A stretch of DNA of 64,000 nucleotides from Marsupella aquatica (Eukaryota > Plantae > Marchantiophyta): positions 20,280,451 through 20,344,450 of the forward strand of contig OZ316894.1 of the NCBI GenBank assembly GCA_973895155.1, written 5' to 3'. The translations under genes and the position numbers were made by a program. Position 1 is the first letter of the stretch; the number at the start of each line of letters is the position of its first letter. Shown in pieces: positions 1 through 13,400 of this stretch. The notes under the pieces are model-generated. The model did no database searches, was not told the DNA's origin, and saw nothing but the letters and a program-made list of their open reading frames with translations.

Positions 1-3000
1 TAATGACACCATGAGGGACCTCTATAATGACCCCATATGGAGTCATTTGGCACAAATGACTTCCAAAAGGACTGCCAAAATGACCCTTACTACAGTCTTT
101 GGCATTAATGACACACTATTCCTCCAAAATGACCCAATGAAGATTACAACACCTACTCACAATGCCCCGACACTATTCATATGCAAAATGGAGTATTCCC
201 CATCCAAACACCGGCACAAACATGACACAATTACATCACAAGATGACAACCTTCCATTGGTGTTGCGCTACTTCTTGGAGAGACAAAAAATGGCTCCATT
301 TGCGCTTGGATACGGTGGTATGCATCCATGGTGACACTTTTGGCAAATCACTCCAAAGTTGTATGACTTGGGAGTGATTTCCCCAAGGTGCATCATGCCT
401 TAAGTAAATGCAAAAACATGTGTCCAAAGTGTTCATGGCACAACTAGTGGTTGGACGATGATGAGTATAGTGTCCCGCACCTAGTGGAGGGGGTTCTCAC
501 CTCTATGTGGGGCCCCATGGCACTCTAGGGCCCACCTCCAGCCCCCAGCCCCAAACTGGTCATTTGACTTATGTGACAGCCCATATGACAGATTTAATGA
601 CCCTACTTGTAGTCATTGGTATTTATGACACCAATTTTTTCAGAAATGACTCAATGAAGATTACACTACCTTCTTGAGTGCCCCATCACTATTCATTTAA
701 TAGAATATTCCCCATCCAAACACCGGCACAAACATGACACAATTACATGGAAGGACAACAGCCTTGCACTACTTCTTGCAGAGACAAACAAAATGGCTTC
801 ATTTCCTTTAGATAGGATGGTATGCATCAATGGTGACACTTTTGGCAAATCACTCCAAAATCGTACGACTTGGGAGTGATTTCCCCAAGATTATATCATC
901 CCTTAAGTAAACACAAAAACATGGCTCCAAACTGCTAATGGTGCAACTAGTGGTTGGAGAATAGTAATTATAGTATTTGACACCTAGTGAAGGGGTTGCG
1001 AGCTCTATGTGGTGCCACATGGCACTCTAGGGCCCACCTCCAGCCCTTAGCTCCAAATTGGTCATTCATGTTTGTCTTCAATGACTGCACTAGAGACCCC
1101 TCAAATGACAACAAGTCCAGTCATTTGAATTATATGACATCCCATATGACCAATTCAATGACCCTACTTGTGGTCATTGGCACTTATGACATGACTTTGT
1201 TAAAAAATGACCCAAAGAAGGTCCTAGTACCGCTAGAGAGAGCCCGCTCTACATTCCTTGCAAAAATGGAATAATCGTATACCTTTAAACACCAGACACA
1301 TCATAGAGGGAAGCACCACTGCCACACCCATTCCATTGGTGTTGCGCTACCTCTTGGAGAGACAAAAAAGGGCTTCATTTGCGTTTGGAACAGTGGTATG
1401 CATCCATGGTGACACTTTTGGCAAATCACTCCAAAGTCATACGACTTGGGAGTGATTTCCCCAAAGGTGCATCATGCCTTAAGTAAATGCAAAAACATGT
1501 GTCCAAGGTGTTTATGTCGCAACTAGTGGTTGGACAATGATGAGTATAGTGTCCCGCACGTAGTGGAGGGGTTCTCACCTCTATGTGGGGCCACATGGCA
1601 CTCTAGGGCCCACCTCCAGCCCCTAGCCCCAAACTGGTCATTTGTGCTTTTCCTTAATGACTGCATAAGGGACCCCTCAAATGACCACAAATCCAGTCAT
1701 TAGACTGATATGACTCTCCATATGACAGTTTTAATGACCTTGCTTTTAGTCATTGATATTTATGACGGTCCATTGCTCACATATGACCCAATAAAGGCCC
1801 TAGTACCTCCAAAGAGAGCCCGCTTTAGATTCCTTGCAAGGTTGGAATATTCCTCTTCCCTAAGCCCACACCCACACCATACAGGGAAGCACGACTCCCC
1901 TGCCCATTCCATTGGTGCAACACCACCTCTTGGAGAACCCAAAAACAACTTTTATTTGCCTTTGTATGTGATGGTGTGCATGCATGGCAACACTTTTGGC
2001 AAATCACTCCAAAGTCGTACGACTTGGGAGTGATTTCCCCAAAGGTGCATCATGCCTTAAGGAAACACAAAAACATGTGTCCAAAGTGTTTATGTCGCAA
2101 CTAGTGGTTGGACAATGATGAGTTTGTCCCGCACCTCGTGGAGGGGTTCTCACCTCTATGTGGGGCCCCATGGCACTCTAGGGCGCACCTCCAGCCCCTA
2201 GCCCCAAAATGGTCATTTGTGCTTTTCCTTAATGACTGCATGAGGGACCCCTCAAATGACAATAATTCAGGTCATTCCGCTTATATGACATCCAATGTGA
2301 CCATTTTAATGACCTTTCTTGTAGTAATTGGCATTTATGACGGGCCATTGCTCACATATGACCCAATAAAGGCCCTAGTACCTCCAAAGAGAGCCAGCTT
2401 TAGATTCCTTGCAAGGTTGGAATATTCCCAAACCCTAATCCCGCAGCCACACCATGCTAAGAAGCACGACTCCCCTGCCCATTCCATTCGTGCAGCACTA
2501 CCTCTTGGAGAACCAAAAAACAGGTTTTATTTGCCTTTGGATGTGATAGTATACATCCATGGTTGCACTTTTGGCAAATCACTCCAAAGTCGTACGACTT
2601 GGGAGTGATTTCCCCAAAGGTGCATCATGCCTTAAGGAAACACAAAAACATGTGCCCAAAGTGTTTATGTCGCAACTAGTGGTTGGACAATGATGAGTAT
2701 AGTGTCCCGCACCTAGTGGAGGGGTTCTCACCTCTATGTGGGGCCCATGGCACTCTAGGGCCCACCTCAAGCCCCTAGCCCCAAAATGGTCATTTGTGCT
2801 TTTCCTTAATGACTACATAAGGGACCCCTCAAATGACCACAAATCCAGTCATTAGACTGATATGACTCTCCATATGACAATTTTAATGACCCTACTTTTA
2901 GTCATTGGCATTTATGACGGGCCATTGCTCACATATGACCCAATAAAGGCCCTAGTACCTCCAAAGAGAGCTAGCTTTAGATTCCTTGCAAGGTTGGAAT

Positions 3001-3340
3001 ATTCCTCTTCCCTAAACCTGCACCCACACCATACTGAGAAGCATGACTCCCCTGCCCATTCCATTGGGGCAGCACTACCTCTTGGAGAACCAAAAAACAA
3101 CTTTTATTTGCCTTTGGATGTGATGGTATGCATGCATTTATTTGCAAATTAAAATATTCCCCGTCCAAACACCGGCACAAACATGACACAATTACAACAA
3201 AGCATGACAACCTTCCATTGGTATTGCCCTACTTCTTGGAGAGACAAAAAGGTTTCATTTGCCCCATGGATACGATAGTATGCGCGCATCCATATATGAT
3301 GACACTTCTGGAAAATCACTCCAAAGGTGTATGACTCTAC
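1..3340. repeat. Diverged tandem array, ~576-bp unit, ~5.5 copies
   Basis: Anchor GACTTGGGAGTGATTTCCCC recurs at ~365, 867, 1443, 2021 and 2596 (spacings ~502, 576, 578, 575). Confidence 0.92.
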
Positions 3341-3414
3341 AATTATGATAGGTGTCTGGAATGACTATTGAGTATTTTAATCTTCATATCTCTTGGGTTC
3401 TTTAATGACTCTAT

Positions 3415-3925
3415 AAGTAGTCATTTATGTAATAAGTCCATAATGACTGTATGTTATTGTAAACATTGATATATCCTGATTTTTAGATTGCCCTATATTT
3501 AGTCATTTATGCGACAAGTCCATAATGACAGTATGTTGTTGAAAACACCGATATATCCTAATTTCAAGATTGACTGTGGAGTTAGTCATTTATGAGAGAA
3601 GTCCATAATGACGGTATGTTCTTGTAAACATTGATATGTCTTAATTTCAAGATTGACCCTAGAGTTAGTCATTTATGGCAGAAGTCCATAATGACAATAT
3701 GTTGTTGTAAACACTGATATATTCTCATTTTCAGATTGACCCTAAATTTTGTCATTTATGAGAGAAGTCCATAATGACGGTATGTTCTTGTAAACACTAA
3801 TATGTCCTAATTTCAAGATTGACCCTAGAGTTAGTCATTTATGGCAGAAGTCCATAATGACAATATGTTGTTGTAAACACTGATATATTCTCATTTTCAG
3901 ATTGACCCTAAATTTTGTCATTTAA
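3415..3925. repeat. ~83-bp subterminal tandem repeat, 6 copies, with a 166-bp higher-order dimer
   Basis: AGTCCATAATGAC at ~3435, 3517, 3600, 3683, 3766 and 3849. Among the last four units, alternate copies are nearly identical. Confidence 0.88.
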
Positions 3926-4397
3926 CACCGTTGGTTAAAATGACGATAATACATTTTTTGTCATTTATCACCGTTGTCCAAAATGATGCAAATAGATTTT
4001 TGGTCATTTCAGTCATTGTCCAGAGTGACTATAATGTTGCTAAACACTGATTTATCATTGTTGTTATTAATTGTGTCATTTAAGACATGTGTCTAAATTG
4101 ACCATTTAGGGAAATTGGGTCATTTTGGTCGCATCAGTCATTATAGACATTATACAAAATGACGAAAAAATTAACATTTTGTCATTTCAGTCTATTGGTC
4201 ATTGTGGACAGTCATTCCCCCGTCATTCTTTTTGTGTCATTAAAACTTTTGGTCATTTATTCATCTCTGTCATTGGGTGATTGGTCATAAAGGGCCCTGT
4301 TTTCTTCTAGTGAGGGGAGGCAGAGTCAATTACATTCAAAGTGTTTCTTTACAAGCTCTTCTCGAGCAAACCTTAGAGCACCCAAAATCGACTAGAG

Positions 4398-5896
4398 GAA
4401 TGAGGAGTGCGATAAATTTATCGGATGTTCGCAGCAATGCCTCATCCACTCAGACTCGTCCATGCCATGCAAGAATTGTCCGCTTCCCGCTTTCTCCAAG
4501 ATTTATCCAAACTCTACAAAACTGATCTAACTACTCATATGAAAAGCACCCAAGCATATCTATGGGAGGGAGGAAATGAGTTTCCTCTTAGAAGACCCTA
4601 GCAATATGTATGTTTGAGAGAAGGTCGGCATTAGGAATGCTTGCGAGCATTTTGTTTATGTCATTGATCTCACGGAGTGCATATTTCAATAGCGCCCAAA
4701 ATCGTGTACCAACAACAAGATGGTTCCATTTCTTTGAGGTGGCTCCAAGACAAATGATTGTTCTCATTCGAGTCAATCGTTCTTCTGGTAGAAGTTTTAG
4801 GTCAAGGCCAAGGTGTTCATCTTGTGTGCAAGACAAGGCTAGGAGGGGCCAAATGTGAGATTCAACGAGTTGATCGGGAAGTCTATTCAACAAACTTCCG
4901 CATTCCACACCGGGCACTTTTCCTCGAATATATTTCCTACGCTCGTGGGCTAAAACGGATCCCATCTTTGCAACGATTAGATTCTCCGATGCAACCATGA
5001 AGCAGAGCTACCAAAACCACCAATAAAAATACCTTCAATCACCAGGTGTAACCAAACACATCCACAGTACCAACCATGCACAACAGTTTAACGATTAGGA
5101 CTCGTGACGTATTATATTTGCTGCACAAGGGTAGGACTTGTTTATTTAAATATGTCCTTACAAGATGCGCCTCAATGAAAAGGTCGAAACACTCATCGTG
5201 AAAGGTTCACCCAAGGGTCTTCGTTCCAAATCTTACAACAGAAGTGAGCCTGTTTGTGGTACTTGTTGTCAAGACGATGACAACAATAGTTACAAGAAAA
5301 CTCCAAAGAATGTAAACACGCCGTTAACATCAACCTCGAACAAATTGGAACTCCTGCATCATTCATTCCGCAGAATTCAATGCGGAGAGGATTATGCCTA
5401 TCTCCAGGATCAGTACCACCCATCCACAATGCTCCTATACCGATGGGGAGAACTTTGAGTTGCACGAGTCTCTTGTACAACCGGCGTGCACGTTTGACAC
5501 GATTTTCAAGGAAGACAGCCATTTGTCATAATACCTGTTGTCCACGGAGTGCAATCGACCTTCCATTGTGCCTCCTAAACCCGACAACACTACGACATCA
5601 GAGATGAAGATGAGTCTCCAAACAAAACAAAGGAAAATTATTCTCACAGGAGGATGCGATAAGTTTATCGCACTCCGCATTCGAATTGAAAATATGACTT
5701 CCTCAGACACCTAAGCCCTGAATTCAATCTTTCACAAAAATGACAACTCCGATAAATTTATCGGATTCTCAATTACTCCTCTTTCCATGAAAGGAATGAA
5801 GACTCCGATAAATTTATCGAAATGAAGGTAACACCTCTCTAAACATTGGATCAAATGATTGCAACAGAGGAATGCAGAATGCGATAAATTTATCAC
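4398..5896. repeat. Five copies of the palindrome (C)GATAAATTTATC(G)
   Basis: Copies at 4410-4423, 5655-5672 (one mismatch), 5748-5765, 5806-5819 and 5883-5894. Confidence 0.85.
4588..4998 (-). CDS. Small intronless F-box-like ORF (136 aa)
   Basis: LLNRLPDQLVESHIWPLL ... LGATSKKWNHLV follows the F-box pattern L..LP..l...I...L ... sK.W..lv, with an insertion. ATG to stop is intact. Confidence 0.45.
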   Translation of the reverse strand: MVASENLIVAKMGSVLAHERRKYIRGKVPGVECGSLLNRLPDQLVESHIWPLLALSCTQDEHLGLDLKLLPEERLTRMRTIICLGATSKKWNHLVVGTRFWALLKYALREINDINKMLASIPNADLLSNIHIARVF

Positions 5897-5944
5897 AGTC
5901 CGCTCGGATCTGGACATTTTACACTAAATGACTAGTTAGTCTTA

Positions 5945-6135
5945 CATGGAGAACTTGAACAGGAATGGCTCTGTGGACGTAGCCTCCTACCTGTTCCTCC
6001 ACAGAGCCCGTTCCTGTTCCCGTGGACGTAGCCTCATGTGGAGGTGAACCACGTATCTCTCTGTGTCGACTATTGTGCATTGGATGGTTCATGGGCTTGC
6101 CCTTGCGAATGTCGTCTATGCTCAACATTTGGTAA
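5945..6135 (+). mobile_element. LTR retrotransposon LTR 3' remnant
   Basis: GTGGACGTAGCC...GGTGAACCACGTA...CTCTGTGT is a common plant LTR U5 motif. It ends in CAACA (6127) followed by TTTGGTA (PBS-like). A homologous copy lies at ~28100-28222. Confidence 0.55.
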
Positions 6136-7869
6136 CTCTTGACTCAAGGGCATAACCCAAGCCAAAAAACTTCAATTTCACCAAACCAGGCCATTATGTT
6201 TCTCTTAAGCATGCTGAGCAAATGGTCGTTACTCAAAGATAATATGCACATGTGCAAAATTCACAAGTCCTTCACTCAGTCCTTCATAAGATCTTCTCTT
6301 CTCACACTTAGAAAGACTTTAGCCAAAGATTAGGTGACATTGAGGTGGAGTGGGTCCTCAATCTGTCATTTAGTAAATTAATCTGGCACCATTGGGTGCA
6401 CTTGGCTTTGCAAGACCTTGGGGCAATAAAAGGATTCAAAAAAATGCTTTTAGCCCCTGGACACTATATTAGTGTGTGCAATGGCCCTCCAGTCTGCTTT
6501 GATGAAAAAAATTCTCAAGTGCACCAGTCCTCTTGTAAAGTCCTCCTAAGTGTTATTTCGATGTTTATCTCAAAAACAAATTGGGCACAAAAACCCAAAA
6601 TTACATTTGTGATGAGTGAAGATTGAAAAATATAAAAAAGCAAATGCATGTGAGTTAACACAAAACATTTCAGGCTTCAAGTGGGCCTAATAAAAATACA
6701 ATAGGGGTACTTTCATTTGTTGCACTGTACTTTGCATCGTGTTTGAGATAGCAATGTGACGTCGTGCAGGCTGGGAAGACTCCAAAAGATTGCAGGAAAG
6801 TCTACCCGTATATTTTCGACCGATCACACACATTCATCATTCTCTCATTAATACATTTTTAAGCAAAACCTGACTTTACCCCAAACGGAGCCAGCAAGGG
6901 CATTTGCAAAGGAGAAAGTTCTCTTGCGTACATTTTTTGTCGATTTCGTTTCTTTTTACAGTTGTCTACAGTATAGCAATCCAAGCTCTTTCATTAGTTC
7001 TGGGCAGCCCGTGTGCAAAAGCTGTTCTGAAAGGCTTGCAGGCATGGTATTGACTTGCTCGCATTAATTATTGGCAGCCTTTTTTCCATGAACTACAGAA
7101 GGGCCAAAAAGAACAGCCACATGACAAAATAAAAGAGTCAGAAGGAAGAGGATCTTAGAAACCAAGGAGGACCAAGACCAGAACTTGGACCGTGACTTGG
7201 ACTCAGAACGTGTCAGGATCAAAAGTGAACGGAACTGCCATAGCCCAGGGAGTCACGAGTCATCAGGAAGGGCAGGAAGATTGGGACTCAATCTCCTGCT
7301 AATGTGCCAACCCACTGTACTGAGCATGTTTCCAAAGGCTGGATGGATTTTCAATATCACAATAAACCAGATTGTTATGTTATCTCTATGAGTATTGTTC
7401 TTTGGACATATCTACAGTGGGGGCTAAATTTTGATGTGCAATTAGTGGGACTAGGGATTTTTGTATATTCAACACGGTTTGATGCGCAAATAGTGGGTTG
7501 AGGGAGTTTTGTGTATTCAAAACCGGGTTAAGTACAATCCAGAATCTTTGGCCAGTTATGACAGGGTATGGGTAGATTAATCTAGGTAAGTGTCAGTACA
7601 ATATTCAGGGCCACGGGTCCCTGGAAAGTCATTAATGACTCTTCATACTTGCTGCTCGCCGGATGCTACCCAGCCGGATGTTTTTTATATAATTATTAAA
7701 ATAAAAACCAAAAAATGGATCCTCATTCTACAACAGCAGGCTGAGGGTGTAGCGGTAGCTGAGCTGAGTGGGAAGGCAGAGGTTGTGGGTTCAAAACTAC
7801 CATGGGTGAGAGCTTTTCACTCCAATACCGACCCAAAAGTCATACCCACCCAAAAGTCGGATCAGACCA

Positions 7870-9470
7870 CACTAGTAGAAACCGGGGTGTTTTATGACTA
7901 GGTTTTATGACTGCCCATGACTGCTTGTGACTAAAGTTTGGGGGGTATCAAGCCAGTCGTAATTTAGACATATATAGCATCTTATTTAAAGTGACTGAAA
8001 TTGAGTGGTAAGCTCAGTGACTAGGCTTTAAGACACGTTTTGTGACTAATAATGACCATAGCCATACTAAGGCATTTTTGGGTTAGAACGAGCTACAGTC
8101 TTAGGAATGACTACAAAGTAGTCATTTCATGACTCAAGACGAGGTATGAATTGGTCACAAATAGTCAGCGAGGAAGAGTAGCCTTTTGCATATATGACTA
8201 GTGCTATGGTTCAAAATCGGAACACAGGTGACTGATTATGACTAGTTGGTCTTAAAAGTGGAGAGTATATGGCCACATTTGTGACCAATGATGACTATAG
8301 ATAGTTGATGACTTTTAGAAATCTTAAGATTGGGCTAGACTGGTCAGTCTTATTGGGGACCATGATGTAATATATCATGGTCATAACTTAATGACTCAAA
8401 ATGACTCATTAATCTAGTTCACTACCCTATTCTTTGACCAAGTGGTCAAAATTTTGACTCAACCTGAGGCAAATGGGGTCTGCTCATATGACTAGAACCA
8501 TGACTACTATACAAGCACAAGCATACAAGTCTTACATGAAAACAGGAGAGACAAGATAATTCTAAGTATTTGAATAGTAGAACTCATATTAACTATTGAA
8601 CATACATACATAATTTCATACAAACAAAATTGTCACAATATGATCAAGGGAATCTCAAATGAATTCTGCATTATGAAATGTTTTGGTAACATTGGCACCA
8701 ATCATGCATCTGTTTTCAAGTGTCATAAACTACAAACCACACATTTCAGGTGTCCCTATGTAATCTGTTGGCCACAACACCAAAGAGTTCAATGCATTTG
8801 CAATAGTTGTTTGTGATGGGTCATCATTCAAATTAGGAACTGGTAAAGGGGTCTTTGGCTTCACAAGCTTTGTCAACAACACTAGAGAGTACCCTGTTGG
8901 CACTTCTTTGCAATAGAATGTAATTTTCTCAGGGCACAATTTTCCAAACCCCACACACAACTCATCTTGCTTTGGTGAGAACAGTGCATACTCAGGTTGT
9001 GCCTGAGTTTTCAATTCCGCATCAGCTTTACGCTTCTTTACCGTTGTCACTTTACCACTTGCTCTGGCCCAACTCTTCACCTTCCAAATAGGTCTCCCAG
9101 CAGCTGAAAGTTCTACTTCTGCTCCAGCGTCCATGGTCACATCCTACTGAGCATCCTACATGTCACCTGCCTGTGATGGAATTTGTGTCTCCACCTGGCC
9201 TTTTGTTTCGCATCCATTCTCACCGCCTTTGGCAACTTCTATAACCTCTTCATATGGATCCAAATTGGGGGTATTAAGTGCATTGGTAACCTCTCCAATA
9301 ACAAAATAGCAAGAGAATAGCCTATCAACATTTTTTGCTTTAGTTATCTCCAATCATGGAAACATATGAAAAAACACATTTTTTGCATCATCTCCAATTT
9401 TTGTGACTTGGGCAACTAACTATAGGAATGCCTTGCTGAATAGTACAATGCATAAATTTTGGTAATATAT
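7870..9470 (-). mobile_element. Second CACTA transposon end (truncated element)
   Basis: Starts CACTAGTAGAAACCGGGGTGTTTTATGAC at 7870, alignable to the 4312 terminus. About 600 bp rich in ATGAC/GTGAC motifs follow, then a TnpA-like coding fragment. Inner boundary approximate. Confidence 0.75.
8730..9140 (-). pseudogene. En/Spm TnpA-like (ORF2) C-terminal fragment
   Basis: LVKPKTPLPVPNLNDDPSQTTIANALNSLVLWP resembles the LP.P....T...A....v.WP motif at the C-terminus of plant CACTA ORF2 proteins. It reads towards the 7870 terminus. Confidence 0.6.
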
Positions 9471-9480
9471 GTATATGATG

Positions 9481-9633
9481 TCATGAAGACTTAGTTTCGT
9501 TCTCCTACTGATCTAACGCTAATCAAAGACTTGTCATAAAGAAACTAAGTCTTTCATGAAGATCCTTAGTTTCGTTCTCCTACTGATTCTAACCCTAATC
9601 AAAGACTTGTCACAAAGAAACTAAGTCTCTCAT
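9481..9633. repeat. Two tandem ~75-bp units, each bounded by an inverted repeat
   Basis: TCATGAAGACTTAGTTTC ... GAAACTAAGTCTTTCATGA, then a second near copy. Confidence 0.8.
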
Positions 9634-10218
9634 TGGACCTAAACCCATCCAGAAGCGTTGGGAGGACTCGCAGTCGGGGACCACAATCCAGGTCACATCC
9701 ACTTTCAATAGACTTTCAATAGATTACAACTCTAGACCAAAAACCACATTGAGACCGGGATTGAGACAATGTATTCCCTGGTGGGCCTTCTGCAAAACAA
9801 TATCTTCATCAACCCAATAATAGTTTAAAATTTTACGCATAGACCTACTGTAGGAGGGGCAGATTCAGGTGGTTTTATCATGTTTGTTCTATTAGTATTT
9901 AATGGACTACAGTGAGTGCTCATCACATCTATGTATTTATCTATATTATTATTAGAGATCAGGGTGAGTTGTCAATGATCTGCAGAAGGTGACTTCCTAG
10001 AACGTAGTATCTCAAGGGGTTCTTTTTCTTCCCTTTCAGTCTAAGTAGCTCCTATAATTATCTGATTTTTGCTTTCCGTTGGACTTTGTAAAAAGCTGGC
10101 CAGACAAAAAGCCACTAATAGTCAGATCGAGCCTCAGGCTATGGGATTGAAAGGTCTCAGGTCTGGTACATAAGTCGCGCGAGTTGTAATATGGAGTAGG
10201 TAAGCCGCAGAGGGTTGT

Positions 10219-10419
10219 GGCCAAACCCTCGTCTGGTCATGGATCTGGACTGGAGTAGGACACAATGCTAGTTCAGATTCATGAAAGACCCTGGGCATAA
10301 CGTAGAACCGGCCACCCGACCGGCCAAACCCCCGTCTGGTCATGGATCTGGACTCGAGTAGGACACAATGCTGTTCAGATCAATTCATGAAAGACACTTG
10401 GCATGCATAACGTAGAACC
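10219..10419. repeat. Direct tandem duplication, ~103 bp x2
   Basis: GGCCAAACCC..GTCTGGTCATGGATCTGGACT.GAGTAGGACACAATGCT...CATAACGTAGAACC occurs twice. Confidence 0.85.
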
Positions 10420-13400
10420 TAAGTCCTCCATGCTGACCGAGCGGCATTCTGTATCGTGGACTCGAAGTCTACGTCCTGTTCATTTTCTTCCTCCTCAACC
10501 TTTCTCTCGAGCAGTCTGTATTTGGGTACCAATCCCACTTCACTGAATTAATTAGACTGAAATCCATCGAGAAATCTGACAGTGCAGGTGTAACAGTTCA
10601 ATCCATTGTAAGGCAGACTCAATTGTAGGACAGATGATTCGTATGTGGTCTTGGGATTGATGCTTCGGACACAGGTCCTCCACTTTTCCGTTGAAGTCCG
10701 CTAGACGCGATTTTATTGAACGAGTTTGGAGCTCAACGAGTTCGGAGCTCACAAAGCCCAGTCAGTGCTACTATAGAGCCATAGAGGGCTCTGCAGTCTG
10801 CACTGCTGTGGTCGCTGCCGCTAGCTTGCATAGGACACCTGAAATGTGGAGCACCTCACTGTCTGGCGGCTCCTCCATTCGCAGCATCGGATTAATTACT
10901 ATACCAAATCGAGGAAGCAGTAAGTTACTGACTGGCTACCACACAAGACCGATCGAAGAGATACTCGGGACCATCAGTCTCTCGCTGCTCAACTGGGTCT
11001 CAGCACTTCAGATTCTCTTTTTTTACCTTGAAACATTCGTTTCAAAGCCATTAAGAAGATAAACATAACACAACTCGATGGTAGTCATTATACTCATCTT
11101 GCTGAGTATAGTGACTACCATCAACTCGAATTCCACGTGAGGCTACCCGATCGTGTAGTAATTGTTGAACTGCTGTAAATTGAGCAGAACCCTCGTGTCT
11201 GACTGGCATATTAATCGGAAAGACCTCGGTTAACAAAACCATCAATGTAGGTTTTCAATAGTCACGCAGGACTCAGGTGGATTCATTGGAGCGATGCATG
11301 TACAAGAAGACTACACACTCGTGCGTAGAGTTTGAGAATCATCACCGAAGCACTAGACAAAGGTTTTTGACGATGTCAAAGACGTAAGGTTGGAACGTGC
11401 ACACTCTCACACACACAAGCCACCGAGACCCTCACTAGGTTGATTAAACCTCGCGAGCGCAGTGAACAGATTCCCCTCAAATGTAATGATCATTAATCCA
11501 TATGAATTACATAGTAATTAGTTTTGCAGTGAGACTATTTGAAGCTCTAACCGCTCTAACCCCATGACCATGAACTTGAAATTTGATAAATAATCCTGAA
11601 TGCGCCCAAACGGAATGTGGTTGGAGAAATTTGGATTGATCAGACACGTAAATTATTCTGTCGACACGAGCAGAACAGACAGTAGGTCGGGTAGAGGTAG
11701 ATTCCGGCTTGCTTTACTGCTCAGAGAGCCCTATGTACAATCGTGCCACTTGGATCAGTGTATCGAAGTGTCGAAGTTGCAAATCTATTCATTAAAGTAA
11801 AACTAAAACTTGCTTTACTGTTCGACTGTTGAAGGAGGAATATTGTAATTCATTCAAGAGGTGCTCGAGATTTGACCGGGCAACGTCCTCCAATAACACC
11901 TTGAAACATAGACAGTGAAAAATCAGCAAGGGCACTACTGTAAGTATATAGTGTGTACAGGGCAGTGTGGAATCTAATACCCAGGCAAATGAGAACTTCA
12001 ACTCGAGTTTTGAAGAGTTATTATTGCCATAAATAACTTTTAATTACTTATATTTTATTTATATAATTAAAAGTTATATTGCCGTAATGCTCTCGAAACA
12101 TGGCCCAAACGCACTAAGTCCTAATAGACGTTTATTTTAGTAAAAGCGATTCTAAGGCATCCTCTTCCAGGAATTGGAAAATTCACGGAAGGCAGTGAGA
12201 TTGGTGTAATTGAGAAAAGAACAATTATGATGACATTACTAAATTATTTATGTTTGTTTGGTGGGCTCCCACATCACCACTTCAAGTGACATGAAAAGGG
12301 GGATGCAGCACCTCTTGACATGAGTGGACATGAGACTGCCAGACTGCCTTGCTGGATTCTTTAGAACATTCCGAATGTTCCAGAAGCATCCGAATACGTA
12401 GAATGAGAGGCGCGAGAGGAGCTTTAATAATCAGACATCTTTACCAGCTCAGCACGGGAGGCCCAAGGATGACAAGATGGGCAGTCTTGTTGATTTAGAA
12501 CCTTCCTAGCATCCTTCCCTTTTGTATTTCCATAATCGTTTTCGAGGGCTGTCAGATTGTGGATGAGGAGTAACTGTACGGCCTGTTGAGCCGTCTTTTG
12601 AGCAATTTGTTGCAGCACTTTACTTTGGAGTTTGGACTGTGGTGTAGGAAACAACTATTTGGCGTAAGTTGTACACAGGGAAGAAGTCCATGGTAGTAGG
12701 GAGGATTCCCAGTCCCCGAATAATTAAACAGAAAAGAACCAACTGGTATCTTAACTTATTGTAGGGACGAACTGAAATCAAAGTACCTTTAATGGGTAAT
12801 GGTATGGCGTTTGCCCGTCACAGTTTAGCTCTCACATACCCATTCCAAAACCAATTTTATGAGGGATCCATGACGAGGATTCCATCTGATTCTTTGAACC
12901 TGGCCATGTTTCTGACCCGACCTGCTTACTCAAACATAAGGGAGAATGAATGTTATACTCTATCTAAAACGCCACAGTCCACGAAGACGTTGAGGACAAA
13001 ATAGTCACTTTGGCTCTACATTTTAACTTTATTACAAACACCTATTATTAGCTCATTTCTTTTATTGAAAACACTTACTTCTAACTCACTTCTTCCTTTA
13101 ATAAATAAAATGTTGCTATGGAGACTGGGGATTTACAGAGCTTACACCCTGTTGTGGGGGGTCTACCATGACAGTAGGAAACCACTCCAATAGGGAGTCT
13201 CAAACCTGCACATTCACAAAATGTTTTGGACAGGTGCGACGGAGAATATGTGTCCATGGTCAGGGCCAAAACTGATATGTTGATCAAATTTATCTCGCCT
13301 GGGCTTTGCTTTGACATGGGTGATACCACGCCCCTGCACAACAGCATACATCATTGATTTTTCAATCGACATCGACCATTCTTGAAGGACACCGACGCAT

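Larger units (their letters stand above)
1..4312. mobile_element. CACTA (En/Spm) DNA transposon, one end (other end lies outside the window)
   Basis: Ends in ...GGTCATAAAGGGCCCTGTTTTCTTCTAGTG at 4312. The reverse complement CACTAGAAGAAAACAGGG is a typical CACTA terminal inverted repeat. It is preceded by dense GTCAT/ATGAC subterminal motifs and tandem arrays. Confidence 0.8.

Noticed and set aside
11-3334. Similar ORFs ending TFGKSLQS..TWE
   Set aside because: By-products of the 576-bp tandem array. Frames break differently in each unit and there is no recognisable domain.
10440-11260. Possible decayed minus-strand gene
   Set aside because: Fragments are interrupted by stops and I could not assign any protein family.
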